From NCBI GenBank assembly GCA_024346625.1, contig AP024664.1, positions 496,001 to 560,000 of the forward strand: 64,000 nt of DNA, written 5' to 3'. Positions 10,366 to 21,528 of the stretch are shown piece by piece (the first letter of the stretch is position 1; every line of letters begins with the position of its first letter). The notes under the pieces were generated by a model. That model did not search any database and was not told the DNA's origin. It worked only from the letters and a program-made list of their open reading frames with translations. This stretch comes from Williopsis jadinii. Taxonomy: Eukaryota. The translations under genes and the position numbers were made by a program.

Positions 10366-12514
10366 ATGGACAACAAAGTGAGTATGGGACAGGTCATCCA
10401 GCCCACAGAGCAACTACTAACGTTTTCAGATTGACGATACAGATTCCTTCAAGTTCATTGCACTTGGAGGCGGTTCCGAAGTTGGAAGATCATGCCACAT
10501 CATCCAGTACAAAGGTAAGACGATCATGCTCGACGCTGGTGTTCATCCGGCGTTTAGTGGTATTGCTGCTCTGCCCTTCTACGATGAGTTTGACCTGGCC
10601 ACTGTGGACATATTACTCATCTCGCATTTCCATTTGGATCACGCTGCTTCTCTTCCGTATGTGATGCAACACACCAACTTCAAGGGAAGGGTGTTCATGA
10701 CACATCCTACAAAGGCCATCTATCGCTGGCTGCTGACTGATTTTGTGAAAGTGACGTCGATTGGCTCTACAAATACATTGTACTCTGATGAAGATCTGTT
10801 GGAGTCCTTTGACAAAATTGAAACCGTTGATTATCATTCCACCATTGAGGTTGACGGTATAAGATTCACTGCGTTCCACGCAGGCCACGTTCTGGGTGCT
10901 GCCATGTATATGATTGAAATAAGTGGGTTGAAGATCTTATTCACAGGCGACTACTCAAGAGAAGAGAGTCGTCATCTGAACGTTGCAGAGGTACCACCTA
11001 CGAAACCGGATATCTTGATTACTGAGTCGACTTTCGGTACAGCTACACATCAACCGAGACTGGAAAAGGAGCTCAGACTGACGAACTTAATACACTCCAC
11101 ACTGGTCAAAGGTGGTAATGTCCTACTGCCAGTCTTTGCCCTGGGAACCGCACAAGAGCTGCTCCTTATCCTAGACGAATACTGGTCCAATCACCAAGAT
11201 CTGGAAAACGTCCGTGTATACTTTGCATCTTCATTGGCAAAGAAATGTTTAACTGTCTTCCAAACCTATGTCAATATGATGAACGATAACATCAGAAAGG
11301 CCTTCAGAGATGAAAATACAAACCCATTCTTGTTCAAACATGTTAAAAACATCAAAAATTTGGATAGATTTGAAGATTTTGGACCCACAGTGGTTGTGGC
11401 AAGTCCTGGTATGCTACAGAACGGTGTCTCCAGGGAACTACTGGAGAAGTGGGCCCCTGACTCGAGAAATTCTGTGATCTTGACCGGTTATTCCGTGGAA
11501 GGTACGCTTGCAAAGACGTTAATCACAGAGCCGGATATGATACCGTCGATTAATAACCCAGAACAGATGATCCCAAGAAGAATAAACATTGAAGAGATTT
11601 CCTTCGCTGCACACGTTGACTACGAACAGAACTCGAAGTTCATTGAACTTGTTGATCCAAAGTCTATCATCCTTGTCCATGGTGAATCCAACCCAATGGG
11701 TAGATTGAAATCTGCGTTACTATCAAAGTACTCTAAATTCAAGGGAACAGACAAGGAAGTCAAGGTGTATAACCCTAGAAATTGTGATGAACTCAGCCTA
11801 AAGTTCAAAGGCCTGACTATTGCAAAGGCCATGGGCTCTATCGTTGAAGATAAAGACAAACAAGTTCTCACCGGTGTTTTGATTGCAAAGGATTTTGACC
11901 TGAATCTCATGAAAGTTGACGACGTTAGGGAGTATGCTGGATTGACATCTACCGTGGTGAAGGAGAGACAGACAATACGTGTAGATGCCGGCAGAGATTT
12001 GATACAATGGCATCTCACACAGATGTTCGGCTATGTCGAGGTTCTTATCGATGAAAAGGACGAGTACGAGGTGAAGGTTATGAATGAGGTCACAGTGAAC
12101 TTTGACAATTCTATCTGTACAATTGAATGGGTTTCTGGTGTGATCAACGACACCATTGCTGACTCCGTTGTCGCTATCTTGATGTCAGTTGACTCCTCAC
12201 CCGCATCTGTCAAGATGTCTTCTCAATCTTGTCAACATTCAGACAACGCTCCTGTACTCGCTGATGCGTCCTTGACAACAAGGGTTAAGAGAATAAATCT
12301 GATATTAGAAGCACAATTTGGCGATGCTTTCACACCAAACGAAAACCAATCAGGTGCCACTATTAAGATTGGTAAGAGTGAAGCACAAGTGGACTACGTG
12401 AATTTAACAGTCACCTGTTCATCCAATGTTTTGAAGGGAAGAATAGAAAATGCTCTCAATAGAGCCACTGAGCTGGTTGCACCATTGGCCCAAAGAAAGG
12501 GTTTGAAGGTTTAA
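10366..12514 (+). CDS. YSH1: CPSF73 pre-mRNA 3'-end endonuclease; exons 10366-10377, 10430-12514
   Basis: A 52-nt intron 10378-10429 (GTGAGT..TACTAAC..CAG) restores the N-terminal [28 protein letters not shown] and SFAAHVD metallo-beta-lactamase/beta-CASP motifs are present. Confidence 0.96.
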
Positions 12515-12633
12515 TAAGTGAAGGCACATTTTATAATTACACGATCAAAAGTTGTAGATTTTGAAGACCAATACCGTATATATACCATTGAGTGAAAAGA
12601 ATTAGAATAGAAGTAGAGTGAATTGAAGTCGCA

Positions 12634-14784
12634 TTAGATACCAGATCTAAGTACCTGTTGTCTTTGGAATCTGAACTGTATGGACTTTTGCCTCTCCATA
12701 CCATAGAGTGCCTTCTCAAGAGCCAAGGCACTATAGTTCTTAGCATCAACAAATTCCTTTCTCAGAGTAGCATAGCTTGTTGCGAAACCAACCGGTAATC
12801 TCTTCTTAATCTCTCTTTCGATCTTTCTCACCTGCTCTTGAGTCTCTTTAGAGACAGCAGTGATACCCTGTGAAGCTGCGTCCATGGTAGATGCCTGGAA
12901 TAGTCTTATGGCTTCATCAACATGGTTCTCATTGGCTACTGGAGAGAGTTCCAGCTTTGCCAAAGACTCCGAGATACGGATGATGGCCTCCAATTGACGG
13001 ACCGTGATTGGAATTGTAGATCTCTCATCTGCTTCAGCTTCCTGATCATGGACAAGCTTTCTAATCTCAACAAAATGGGAACTCAGCTTCTCAGCAGCAG
13101 CAGGTGAGAGTCTTGGTGCACATTTAGCTCGACAGTAAGAGATGTATCTCTTCATCTTTTCTAACGGTATCTCACCATCAACTTCCTGTTGGTTTGTTTT
13201 CCCCATGTGGATGTTCATGACGTGATTAGCAATAGAGATATCTCTTCTTTCGTTGTGTTCATCCTTCACTATGAAGATCATATCGAATCTAGAGAGAATT
13301 GCAGTTTGGAAGTCCACGTTCTCACCTGGCGACTTCATTTCATCATAACGACCAAATCGAGGATTTGCTGCAGCCATGACTGAAGTTCGTGAGTTCAGCA
13401 CTGTCGTGATACCTGCTTTGGCAATGGAGATCGTTTGCTGTTCCATTGCCTCGTGAATGGCAACTCTATCGTCATCTCTCATCTTGTCAAACTCATCGAT
13501 ACACACGACTCCTCCATCAGCAAGAACCATCGCACCACCTTCCAAGAAGAACTCTCTCGTGTTCTTATCTCTTTGTACCGATGCGGTCAAACCAGCAGCA
13601 GAGGAACCTTTACCAGAGGTATAGATAGAGATTGGACTGACTTTATCGACAAATTTCAACAACTGCGACTTCGCAGTACCAGGATCACCTAATAACAGCA
13701 CGTTGATATCACCTCTTAGTCTCATGCCATCTGGAAGGATCTTCTTGGAGCCACCCATCAGTAGACATGCAATAGCCTTCTTGATGTCACTGTTTCCGTA
13801 GATCGATGGTGCAATGGAGTTGGCAAAGGTTTCGTATAGACGTGGAGATCTGGACAATTCCATGAACTCTTCTTCCTCCTCCTCCGTGAATATCACATTA
13901 CCTGCTGCGTTGTGATCCACATCAGTTTGGATACCCAAGACCTTGATGTAGGAATTTCTTATGGCCACTGCCCCTGCGCCTCTGACCTTTGCCTGGTAGA
14001 TGGAGTAGATACCTGTGATGGTACAACGAGTTCCTGGGATGACCTTGTTCGTAAGGCTTCTATCGACAGAGAGCAGCACGTGTCTAGGCATTTCACCAAC
14101 GGGCACCATCTCCGGCAGTTCTTGCAACTTCAACGTCTGCTGATCGATGAACTGCGACTTCTCATGGACAATGACATATGGATCCTTGGGACATTCGTTC
14201 TTCTCACCGTCAGCTGGTTGAGAAGCACAGACAGCAGGCAGAGTAACGCCTCCGAAGCCGGAATTGACGTTCAATCTCATGGTGTTTCGACACGAACGGC
14301 ACATGATCTGGACACTGGTGGCCTTCGAGTGCAACACGGAGGCGGAGATGATGATCCCACTGACCCTTATGATCTTTGAGATGTGGTCTGCGTCCAGCTC
14401 TCTGATGGCGAGCTTCGAAGACCCGGATCTCAGGATCAATTGACACACGGGGAAGTTCGCAGGCACCTTGGATTGCTCCAGGTACACGATCCTCTTCGCA
14501 ACGTCAGTGATGGCCCTTTCAAAGAAGGGAACCATCTCAGAAGGCGCATCCATCAAGTTCTTATTCAACGTCTCATTGTAGCCAATCAAGTGGTCGCTTT
14601 CAACCACCAACGAGTACTCATTCACCAGCAGGTTCTCCCTCAGCTGGTTTCTGTAGATGAAATCGGTACCGACTCTGAACTCCAGGATGAAGTTCTTGAA
14701 AGCAGAGATGAACTCCTGATTGGTATCGTGGAGTGTCTCCTCTGGAGCAAACACGTTTGCTGCGTATACCTCACCACGATCCAT
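12634..14784 (-). CDS. MCM5: Replicative helicase subunit Mcm5
   Basis: [25 protein letters not shown] and TVRQLEA motifs. Probable ATG at 14784 (MDRGEVY). Confidence 0.97.
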   Translation of the reverse strand: MDRGEVYAANVFAPEETLHDTNQEFISAFKNFILEFRVGTDFIYRNQLRENLLVNEYSLVVESDHLIGYNETLNKNLMDAPSEMVPFFERAITDVAKRIVYLEQSKVPANFPVCQLILRSGSSKLAIRELDADHISKIIRVSGIIISASVLHSKATSVQIMCRSCRNTMRLNVNSGFGGVTLPAVCASQPADGEKNECPKDPYVIVHEKSQFIDQQTLKLQELPEMVPVGEMPRHVLLSVDRSLTNKVIPGTRCTITGIYSIYQAKVRGAGAVAIRNSYIKVLGIQTDVDHNAAGNVIFTEEEEEEFMELSRSPRLYETFANSIAPSIYGNSDIKKAIACLLMGGSKKILPDGMRLRGDINVLLLGDPGTAKSQLLKFVDKVSPISIYTSGKGSSAAGLTASVQRDKNTREFFLEGGAMVLADGGVVCIDEFDKMRDDDRVAIHEAMEQQTISIAKAGITTVLNSRTSVMAAANPRFGRYDEMKSPGENVDFQTAILSRFDMIFIVKDEHNERRDISIANHVMNIHMGKTNQQEVDGEIPLEKMKRYISYCRAKCAPRLSPAAAEKLSSHFVEIRKLVHDQEAEADERSTIPITVRQLEAIIRISESLAKLELSPVANENHVDEAIRLFQASTMDAASQGITAVSKETQEQVRKIEREIKKRLPVGFATSYATLRKEFVDAKNYSALALEKALYGMERQKSIQFRFQRQQVLRSGI

Positions 14785-14946
14785 GCTGTGCTCTTTATTC
14801 GTATCGTAAAAGTCACCGAATGTGTATGGAGAAGAGAGATTAGTTAGCAGACTGGTGAAGAGAGTGAGCGAAGAGGAAAGAAAGGAAAAAGAAAAAGCTT
14901 TGCCCTGACAGAACGCATCCAATTTCTTCCGCATTGGGAAAGAGGT

Positions 14947-14961
14947 ACGCGTCGGACGCGT
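14947..14961. promoter_or_regulatory. Two MCB elements (ACGCGT) upstream of MCM5
   Basis: ACGCGT at 14947-14952 and 14956-14961; canonical G1/S MBF sites. Confidence 0.75.
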
Positions 14962-15228
14962 ACGGCTTTTTTTTTCGCGTCGCACGGAGTTTTTTTTTTC
15001 ATTCCATTCGTGTTGGCCCGAAAGCCACAGAGATGCCGAATTGGGAAGTCTACCTGTTTGGGTAATTTACCCTCGGAAGTGCCGCGCGCACTTCCGACCG
15101 CTTCTCAAACCTGCAACTTTTCTCAAACTTTCAGTGTAAAACCAGCCAAAATGGCCTTTCCCTTCTATCGACTCCATGCTCCATTTGCCCTTGTAAATCA
15201 CCATCTATACACTTGTGGAGAAGACACG

Positions 15229-15692
15229 ATGGCGTGAGTTGTGACTCGTTGAGCCGTGTGGTGGGTTTCTTGGTGTACTGGTTACTAACGAAGAACGCAG
15301 AGACCTTGTTGATCGTCCGAGAAATGAACTCACAGATGCTGAGCTGGAGAGGCTGGAAGAGTACGAGTTCGCCAATGGGCCCATGAGTGTTCTCCAGGAT
15401 GCGGTACAGAACGGCACACAGGTGCTCATAAGCTGTAGAAACAACCATAAGCTGCTGGCGACGGTGAGGGCCTTTGACAGACATTCGAATATGGTGCTGG
15501 AGAACGTCAAAGAGGTGAGTTATTGCGATCTTGCGATGAGTATATGCTCTTACTAACCAGTGGGTATAGCTTTGGACAGAGAACACCAGGAACACCAACG
15601 GGAAGAAGAAAGTTGCGGTTCCGAGGGAACGGTTTGTCAGTAAGATGTTTCTCAGAGGAGACTCCGTTATCGTGATATTGAAGGCTGCTTGA
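15229..15692 (+). CDS. SMD2: Sm core protein D2; exons 15229-15233, 15301-15514, 15570-15692
   Basis: Introns 15234-15300 and 15515-15569 (both GTGAGT..TACTAAC..YAG). Spliced protein contains [48 protein letters not shown]. Absent from the ORF track. Confidence 0.95.
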
Positions 15693-15835
15693 TGTATAAA
15701 ACACATGGTGGAGCTCCACCTCTTTTCTATAGAGACAGAATGATGATGATAATAATTCATAACGCCACTGCTTTGTATAAACGATTATGTTGCTAAAGTA
15801 TGTACATGGTTTTAGAGACAGCTCATCTATGTATA

Positions 15836-16540
15836 TCAATCCTTCTTGACGAGAACCTTCTTTGTCACTACACTCTCAGAACCTCCTTGCTTTATCACCA
15901 ATTGATACTCTCCAGCCCTTGACAAGGACTCAACGTCTTCTCCCTTGAATGATACTTGCACGTCCTTCTCAGGAACGGCAAATCCCACGCTGTCCTGGAT
16001 TCTCTTGACGATGTCGGTCTTTGACACCGGGCCATCGACAATGGAGAAACGAAGCGTATCTAAGCCGAGCTCTAGAGTGATCATGGAGTACCCCTTGGAT
16101 GCCACAACATCACCAGTGACCACAGCATCCTCTGGCAAGTCGAACAACAACCCATCAATAGCAACAGGCTCGACTGCTGGCTTGACCTCTTTGTTCTTCT
16201 TCAACATGTCCACAACAGCATTCTGTCTCTCCTTGTGCGCAGCCTGTTGCTCCACATGGGTTTGCTGGGCCCTTTGTTGTTGCAATCTAACCTCTCTCTT
16301 CACAACTGGGATCCTTGGGCCCATGTTCAGCTCCGGAATGATATAGCACGCACCGTTGTTAGGGTGTAGCTTGTTTCTCATCAAACCAGGTAGCACATCG
16401 ATGACCTCGCCTTTGGCACCATATTGCGCAAAGTCCTTCAACAGTTGCACTTTAACCCTGTTTTCTCTCTTTGTACGGGCTGAGTAGCGTACAAGTGGGA
16501 TACGTCTGAGCACAGGCTCTCTGCAAAGGAAAAAACTCAT
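15836..16540 (-). CDS. MRPL50: Mitochondrial ribosomal protein bL9m
   Basis: L9 N-domain [35 protein letters not shown]; syntenic with SNF12. Confidence 0.85.
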   Translation of the reverse strand: MSFFLCREPVLRRIPLVRYSARTKRENRVKVQLLKDFAQYGAKGEVIDVLPGLMRNKLHPNNGACYIIPELNMGPRIPVVKREVRLQQQRAQQTHVEQQAAHKERQNAVVDMLKKNKEVKPAVEPVAIDGLLFDLPEDAVVTGDVVASKGYSMITLELGLDTLRFSIVDGPVSKTDIVKRIQDSVGFAVPEKDVQVSFKGEDVESLSRAGEYQLVIKQGGSESVVTKKVLVKKD

Positions 16541-16783
16541 CGTTTTCTTGGTGAGAACCTCTCTTCATCGTTGTAGAAGTGTTGAAAGGTTTTGATGGAG
16601 CCGACGAAATTTTCCACCGGCGGTGCTCCTTCGAACGGGGGGCCCGAGACAAAATTTACGCCGGTCTGCTGAGATTTACGCCGCGTCCCAGCCCAGCATG
16701 TAGGCAGGGACAACGATGAGTACGTCAATTGTAACAGTAAAAGAGTAGTAATACACAGTTATATATAGATTTATATATAGAAC

Positions 16784-18034
16784 TCACTCCAGTGAGTACA
16801 CATCAACGTCGTCGAGTCCTTCGCCCTTGTATTCACTGGTCAATTTGCGTGAAATCTTCCAAAGATGGATGATGTTATCGTCCGCACACGATGCCAAAGT
16901 GAATGGGATCTTCGAATTGAAGCTGATGTCTGTGACGGAAGAGGTATGGCCAGCATGCATCATGAACAACTCCGGTGCACCATCGTCTTCGTCCTCCTGT
17001 GTTTGCTCTTCGCCGATCTTCTTGATGTCCCACAGTATAACACGACGGTCTTGAGACCCCGAGGCCAGTATTCCATCGTTGTGAGGATCCCATTCGAGGC
17101 ATGAGATGGACTCCGAGTGTCCCACGATCGTGTGGAGCCTGTCCTTTGTGTTTCTGAGATCGAGCAGCTCAATTGTGGAGTCTTCGAGCCCAACGGCGTA
17201 GAGATAGCTGGAGTGCTTCGAGAATGCAATGGTGTTAATTGCAGAGTCACGTTGCAACACCTGTGTATCGTCATGCGATCTGAGATCGACAATGCGTATG
17301 GTCTTGTCATCGCTTACTGAGCCAAACAGGTCCTTGTTGAACCCGTGCCATTGAACTTCGTTGACAATGTCCGTGTGATGTGTAAAGACTCTTTGCGGGG
17401 CTGCAGGTTGGTGGACGTCCCATAATGCCACTGTGGCATCGTCACTCGACGTCAGCAATTGACCGTCGATGAACGGATTCCACGACAGACCATATCCGTT
17501 TACGGTATGGTGCTTCAATTCCAGTGGAGCCTGTGTCTTTTCCCCAGTTATGTCGTAGATGAAAACACGTCCAGCACCACTTATCGTGGCAACTTGCTTA
17601 GGATTAAGAGGGTTGTAACGAGCCCTGTTGACCTCCAATTCATGTTCAAACTTCTTCGTCACCTTCAGACGGGCGTTGTAAGTCTGCTTCTTCAACACCT
17701 CAGCGGAGACTTCACCAGCAACACGCTCCCCATGTTGGGTTGGCTCATCAACGTCTACCAGTGTCTTTGGCAGTATCGTTGACGACACTTTCAAATAGTC
17801 CGTATCCTCGCCCGACGTATGCGTACCAATAATCAACTTCTGTGGTATACCACCGTCAACAACGTCAATTGGTTCAGGTAACCATTGAACCGTTAGGGAA
17901 GGCCATGTTAGAGCAGTCTCAGAGACAAACTCGTACATCGCCGGACAGTTCTTTCTCCATAGCTGGTACTCTTCTTGCACAGTAAGCTCCTTGTTGACCT
18001 CTTGCGGTTCTTCCTGCTCACCAACGGACGACAT
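16784..18034 (-). CDS. HAT2: WD40 histone-binding subunit of the Hat1 complex (RbAp46/48 family)
   Basis: EEYQLWRKNCPAMYE..LTWPSLTVQWLP, GTHTS, EDDGAPELFMMHAGH. ATG at 18034; MCB at 18140-18145. Confidence 0.85.
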   Translation of the reverse strand: MSSVGEQEEPQEVNKELTVQEEYQLWRKNCPAMYEFVSETALTWPSLTVQWLPEPIDVVDGGIPQKLIIGTHTSGEDTDYLKVSSTILPKTLVDVDEPTQHGERVAGEVSAEVLKKQTYNARLKVTKKFEHELEVNRARYNPLNPKQVATISGAGRVFIYDITGEKTQAPLELKHHTVNGYGLSWNPFIDGQLLTSSDDATVALWDVHQPAAPQRVFTHHTDIVNEVQWHGFNKDLFGSVSDDKTIRIVDLRSHDDTQVLQRDSAINTIAFSKHSSYLYAVGLEDSTIELLDLRNTKDRLHTIVGHSESISCLEWDPHNDGILASGSQDRRVILWDIKKIGEEQTQEDEDDGAPELFMMHAGHTSSVTDISFNSKIPFTLASCADDNIIHLWKISRKLTSEYKGEGLDDVDVYSLE

Positions 18035-18151
18035 CTTGATCGACTTTGAACTCAACGGGTGGGAAACGGATGGTGTGCGATGTAAAAGTGCAAGTGTTAA
18101 GACCTTTTTATGGTGTAACGGAAGAGAAAAGCAATATCGACGCGTTCACAG

Positions 18152-18208
18152 CCAGACACCAAATAACCCAGACACCTAAACATCCTAACATCACATAACC
18201 CAGACACC
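18152..18208 (+). promoter_or_regulatory. Three CCAGACACC (Rap1/telomere-like) motifs
   Basis: ccagacacc at 18152; ataacccagacacc at 18163-18176 and 18195-18208. Confidence 0.5.
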
Positions 18209-18243
18209 ACTTCTGGTTGTTGTACACAGGCGGATTTTTCCTT

Positions 18244-18302
18244 CAACAACAACAACAACAACAACATCAACAACATCATCAATAACAACAACAACGTCAA
18301 CA
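18244..18302 (+). repeat. (CAA)n microsatellite in the RSC6/SNF12 leader
   Basis: caacaacaac... with a few CAT/AAT variants. Confidence 0.85.
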
Positions 18303-18329
18303 AGCAATACTCAAACGACAGGGAACGCG

Positions 18330-19670
18330 ATGAACAGAGCAAATCCGAACGGCCCACAGCAGGTGGTTCAACAAGGTGTTTCTGCTGCTCAGATTCGTCC
18401 TACTGATATCACCATACGTCGTTCTTTGGACTCTTTTATCCCAGAATTGGAGTTATACAGAAAGTTGGTTGACGCTGAAAAACGTATTGATATACTCACA
18501 GCTCGTAAGTTCTCGGATGTGACCGAAGTGTTCAACAAGTTTCCACGGAAAAAGGAGCTTTTGCGTATCTTTGTTTATAACATTGCCGAGAACCAGCCAT
18601 GGCAACAGAAGGAAGGTGAGGCGCTTTCTGGCGAGCCAAGCTGGACGTTGAGGATTGAAGGCCGTTTGGTGAACGAGAAGGATGTCAACGATGCCACGAG
18701 AAGAAAGTTCAGTACGTTGGTGACCGGTATTGCGATTGATCTTTTACCTCAAGAAGAGAAGAAGCCTCTGGCTGGAGACTCACAGCCGGGGGTATCTCAG
18801 CAAGATCCACAGCAACCACAACAGCCATTACAGCCACAGCAACCACAGCAACCACAGCAACCACAGCCTTCACAACAACCACAACAACCACCTTCAAAGG
18901 ACAATATCATTGAATGGCATGAACAGCAAGACCCTAAGGCGAAGCAAGCTGAATTCGATGGGCTCGATATCAAGAGAAACGGTGCAAAGAACTTGAAGGC
19001 CAAAATCACCATTCAGCCAAAGGAGTATCCGATTTACCTACAAACCTCATCAGAACTGCGTTCTTTGATTGGAGTTGCGGAGACTACACAGCACGATGCT
19101 GTGTACGCTATATGGCAATACATCCAGCTGAACAACCTACAAGCTGTGGATGATAAGAGAGTCATCAACTGTGATGAGAGCCTTTCCCAGCTCTTTGGTG
19201 TTCCACGCTTCAACTTCAAGGACATAATAGCACTCTTGTCCAAACATCTGACCCCAAACAAGCCAATCAGCATCGAGTACGAGATCAGGGTTGACAGGGC
19301 CTCAACACTGGGCGACGTTGTCATCGACGTTGAAGTTCCAGTGGAGGACATTGCAGAGCAGGAGTTACTCAGAGAGGAGAGCAAGAAGCTAGTTACCGAG
19401 CATGACGAGGCCATAAAGGAGCTGAGTACGAAGATCGTACTGGGTGTCCAGGGTCTGCACAATTCGCACAGAAAGTACCAGTTCTACGACAAACTATCCC
19501 AGGACCCGGCAACATTCCTCAAATCCTTCACAGAGTCCCATTCAAAGCTGCTGAAGATTCTAAGCGGAGATGAAGGCTATAACGAGGAGGACGTCAGAAG
19601 ATCCACGTTCTACACAGACGACATCTTGGCTGAGAACATTGACGTGCTGTTAAAGACAAACCGTCTATGA
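18330..19670 (+). CDS. SNF12: SWIB-domain chromatin remodeller subunit (pre-duplication RSC6/SNF12 orthologue)
   Basis: LRIFVYN, WTLRIEGRL, IWQYIQLNNLQ..INCDESL SWIB motifs; Q/P repeat at about 18800-18890; adjacent to THR4 and near MRPL50. Confidence 0.9.
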   Translation: MNRANPNGPQQVVQQGVSAAQIRPTDITIRRSLDSFIPELELYRKLVDAEKRIDILTARKFSDVTEVFNKFPRKKELLRIFVYNIAENQPWQQKEGEALSGEPSWTLRIEGRLVNEKDVNDATRRKFSTLVTGIAIDLLPQEEKKPLAGDSQPGVSQQDPQQPQQPLQPQQPQQPQQPQPSQQPQQPPSKDNIIEWHEQQDPKAKQAEFDGLDIKRNGAKNLKAKITIQPKEYPIYLQTSSELRSLIGVAETTQHDAVYAIWQYIQLNNLQAVDDKRVINCDESLSQLFGVPRFNFKDIIALLSKHLTPNKPISIEYEIRVDRASTLGDVVIDVEVPVEDIAEQELLREESKKLVTEHDEAIKELSTKIVLGVQGLHNSHRKYQFYDKLSQDPATFLKSFTESHSKLLKILSGDEGYNEEDVRRSTFYTDDILAENIDVLLKTNRL

Positions 19671-19863
19671 GGCGTCACTCTTTCCCCCTTTGCTCTCCCA
19701 TACAAACTGTACCACTATACGTAAGAGTAATAAACGAATGTTGTTATAACTATTATATTATATAACCATAATATTATATTTTGCGATAATATATTACGTA
19801 ACCCGTGCTGCCCCAACCGAAAAGTTTTTTACCGCCGTTTACGTCCACGAGGGCCTCGCCGAA

Positions 19864-19870
19864 GAGTCAT
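19864..19870. promoter_or_regulatory. Gcn4-like site upstream of THR4
   Basis: AGAGTCAT (TGACTC core on the minus strand) about 80 bp before the ATG of an amino-acid biosynthetic gene. Confidence 0.55.
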
Positions 19871-19947
19871 CATCACGCCAATTTGCACTGTTGATAACTC
19901 AGTCTACAACTACAAACAAAGAGTACAAAACAAGATAGACAAGTGCC

Positions 19948-21471
19948 ATGTCGTCTCAGACCTACAGATCAACACGTGCGAGCGAGCCACAGTCGTTCAC
20001 CTTTGAACAAGCTGTCCTGAAGGGACTGGCATCTGATGGTGGTCTGTTTGTTCCCTCCGTGATTCCACAGCTGGAACCAGACTTCTTGAGCAAGTGGAAG
20101 GACCTGTCGTTCCAAGAGTTGGCCTTCAACGTGCTGAGACTGTACATCTCGTCCTCCGAGATCCCAGACGAGGACTTGAAGCAGCTCGTGGAGAAGTCGT
20201 ACTCGACTTTTAGACACGATGAGGTGACTCCGATCAACACCATTGACGAGAACAACGGGCTGTACCTGCTGGAGCTGTTCCACGGTCCAACGTATGCCTT
20301 CAAGGACGTGGCTCTACAGTTCGTCGGTAACCTCTTTGAGTACTTCCTCAGCCGTAAGAACGAGGGCAAGCCAGAGGAGGAGAAGGACATCTTGACCGTT
20401 GTTGGAGCCACCTCTGGTGACACCGGCTCTGCTGCTATCTACGGTCTCAGAGGCAAGAAGGACGTCTCCGTCTTCATCCTCTACCCTACTGGGCGTATCT
20501 CTCCGATCCAGGAGCTTCAGATGGCCACCGTGCTCGACGACAACGTCCATACTTTGTCTGTTAAGGGTACCTTTGACGACTGTCAAGATATCGTCAAGCA
20601 GATCTTCGGTGACGAGGAGTTCAACAAGAAGTACCACATTGGTGCTGTGAACTCCATCAACTGGGCCCGTATTCTTGCCCAGCAGACCTACTACTTCTAC
20701 GCATACTTCCAATTGATCAAGCAGTTGGGCTCATCAGATGTCAAGGTTCGCTTCACAGTGCCAAGTGGTAACTTTGGTGACATCCTCGCAGGCTACTACG
20801 CTAAGGAGATGGGCTTACCAGTGGATAAGCTGATCATTGCCACCAACGAGAATGACATCTTGGACAGATTCCTCAGATCAGGAAAGTACCAAAAGGATGC
20901 CGATGTTAAGGCAACGTTGGCTCCAGCTATGGACATCCTCATCTCTTCCAATTTCGAGCGTTTGCTGTGGTACTTGGCCAGAAACAACCTGGCCTCTTCC
21001 GATGAGGAGGCTGGTAAGACCATCAACGAATGGTTTGCCGAATTGAAGTCCACCGGTGGATTCCAAGTTCCATCAAGTGTTATCGACGCTGCGCGCAAGG
21101 ACTTTGGTTCTGAGAGAGTGGATGATTCCCAGATCAAAGAAACCATCAAGAGAGTCTACTCCGAGAACCCAAACAAGTACGTGCTGGACCCACACTCTGC
21201 TGTTGGTGTCGAGACCTGTTACAGAGCCATTGGCGAGGACAAGGCTGCTGGAGTTCAAGGTGTCAAGTACGTCTCCTTGTCTACTGCTCATCCTGCCAAG
21301 TTTGCTGATGCCGTTAACGATGCCCTTGGCTCTTTTGAAGGCTACTCATTCGATAAGGATGTCTTGCCAGATGAGCTCAAGGCCCTGTCTGACAAGGAGA
21401 TGAAGAGAATCTTTGTTGAGAAGGCTGACGTTGAATTGGTCAAACAAGCCATCGTCAAGGAGTTGTCTTGA
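19948..21471 (+). CDS. THR4: Threonine synthase
   Basis: YRSTR, LELFHGPTYAFKDVALQ (PLP lysine), GATSGDTG, VPSGNFGD, STAHPAKF. Confidence 0.98.
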   Translation: MSSQTYRSTRASEPQSFTFEQAVLKGLASDGGLFVPSVIPQLEPDFLSKWKDLSFQELAFNVLRLYISSSEIPDEDLKQLVEKSYSTFRHDEVTPINTIDENNGLYLLELFHGPTYAFKDVALQFVGNLFEYFLSRKNEGKPEEEKDILTVVGATSGDTGSAAIYGLRGKKDVSVFILYPTGRISPIQELQMATVLDDNVHTLSVKGTFDDCQDIVKQIFGDEEFNKKYHIGAVNSINWARILAQQTYYFYAYFQLIKQLGSSDVKVRFTVPSGNFGDILAGYYAKEMGLPVDKLIIATNENDILDRFLRSGKYQKDADVKATLAPAMDILISSNFERLLWYLARNNLASSDEEAGKTINEWFAELKSTGGFQVPSSVIDAARKDFGSERVDDSQIKETIKRVYSENPNKYVLDPHSAVGVETCYRAIGEDKAAGVQGVKYVSLSTAHPAKFADAVNDALGSFEGYSFDKDVLPDELKALSDKEMKRIFVEKADVELVKQAIVKELS

Positions 21472-21528
21472 TTGCTTACGGTTTGAACAGAGGAAAGCTC
21501 GTAACATAAGTATACTAAATATCATCCA

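Noticed and set aside
14785..14985. ORF-track N-terminal extensions of MCM5 (also RAD18 1881-1988, RTT103 58268-58354, TAH1 27682-27747)
   Set aside because: They run through promoter motifs or poly-A/T tracts and mostly start at GTG/TTG; the conserved sequence begins at the downstream ATG.
15131..15839. Minus-strand ORFs over SMD2, and similar shadow ORFs over RPL42 (46669-47100), THR4, PWP2 and DSE2
   Set aside because: Antisense or alternate-frame shadows of well-supported genes.
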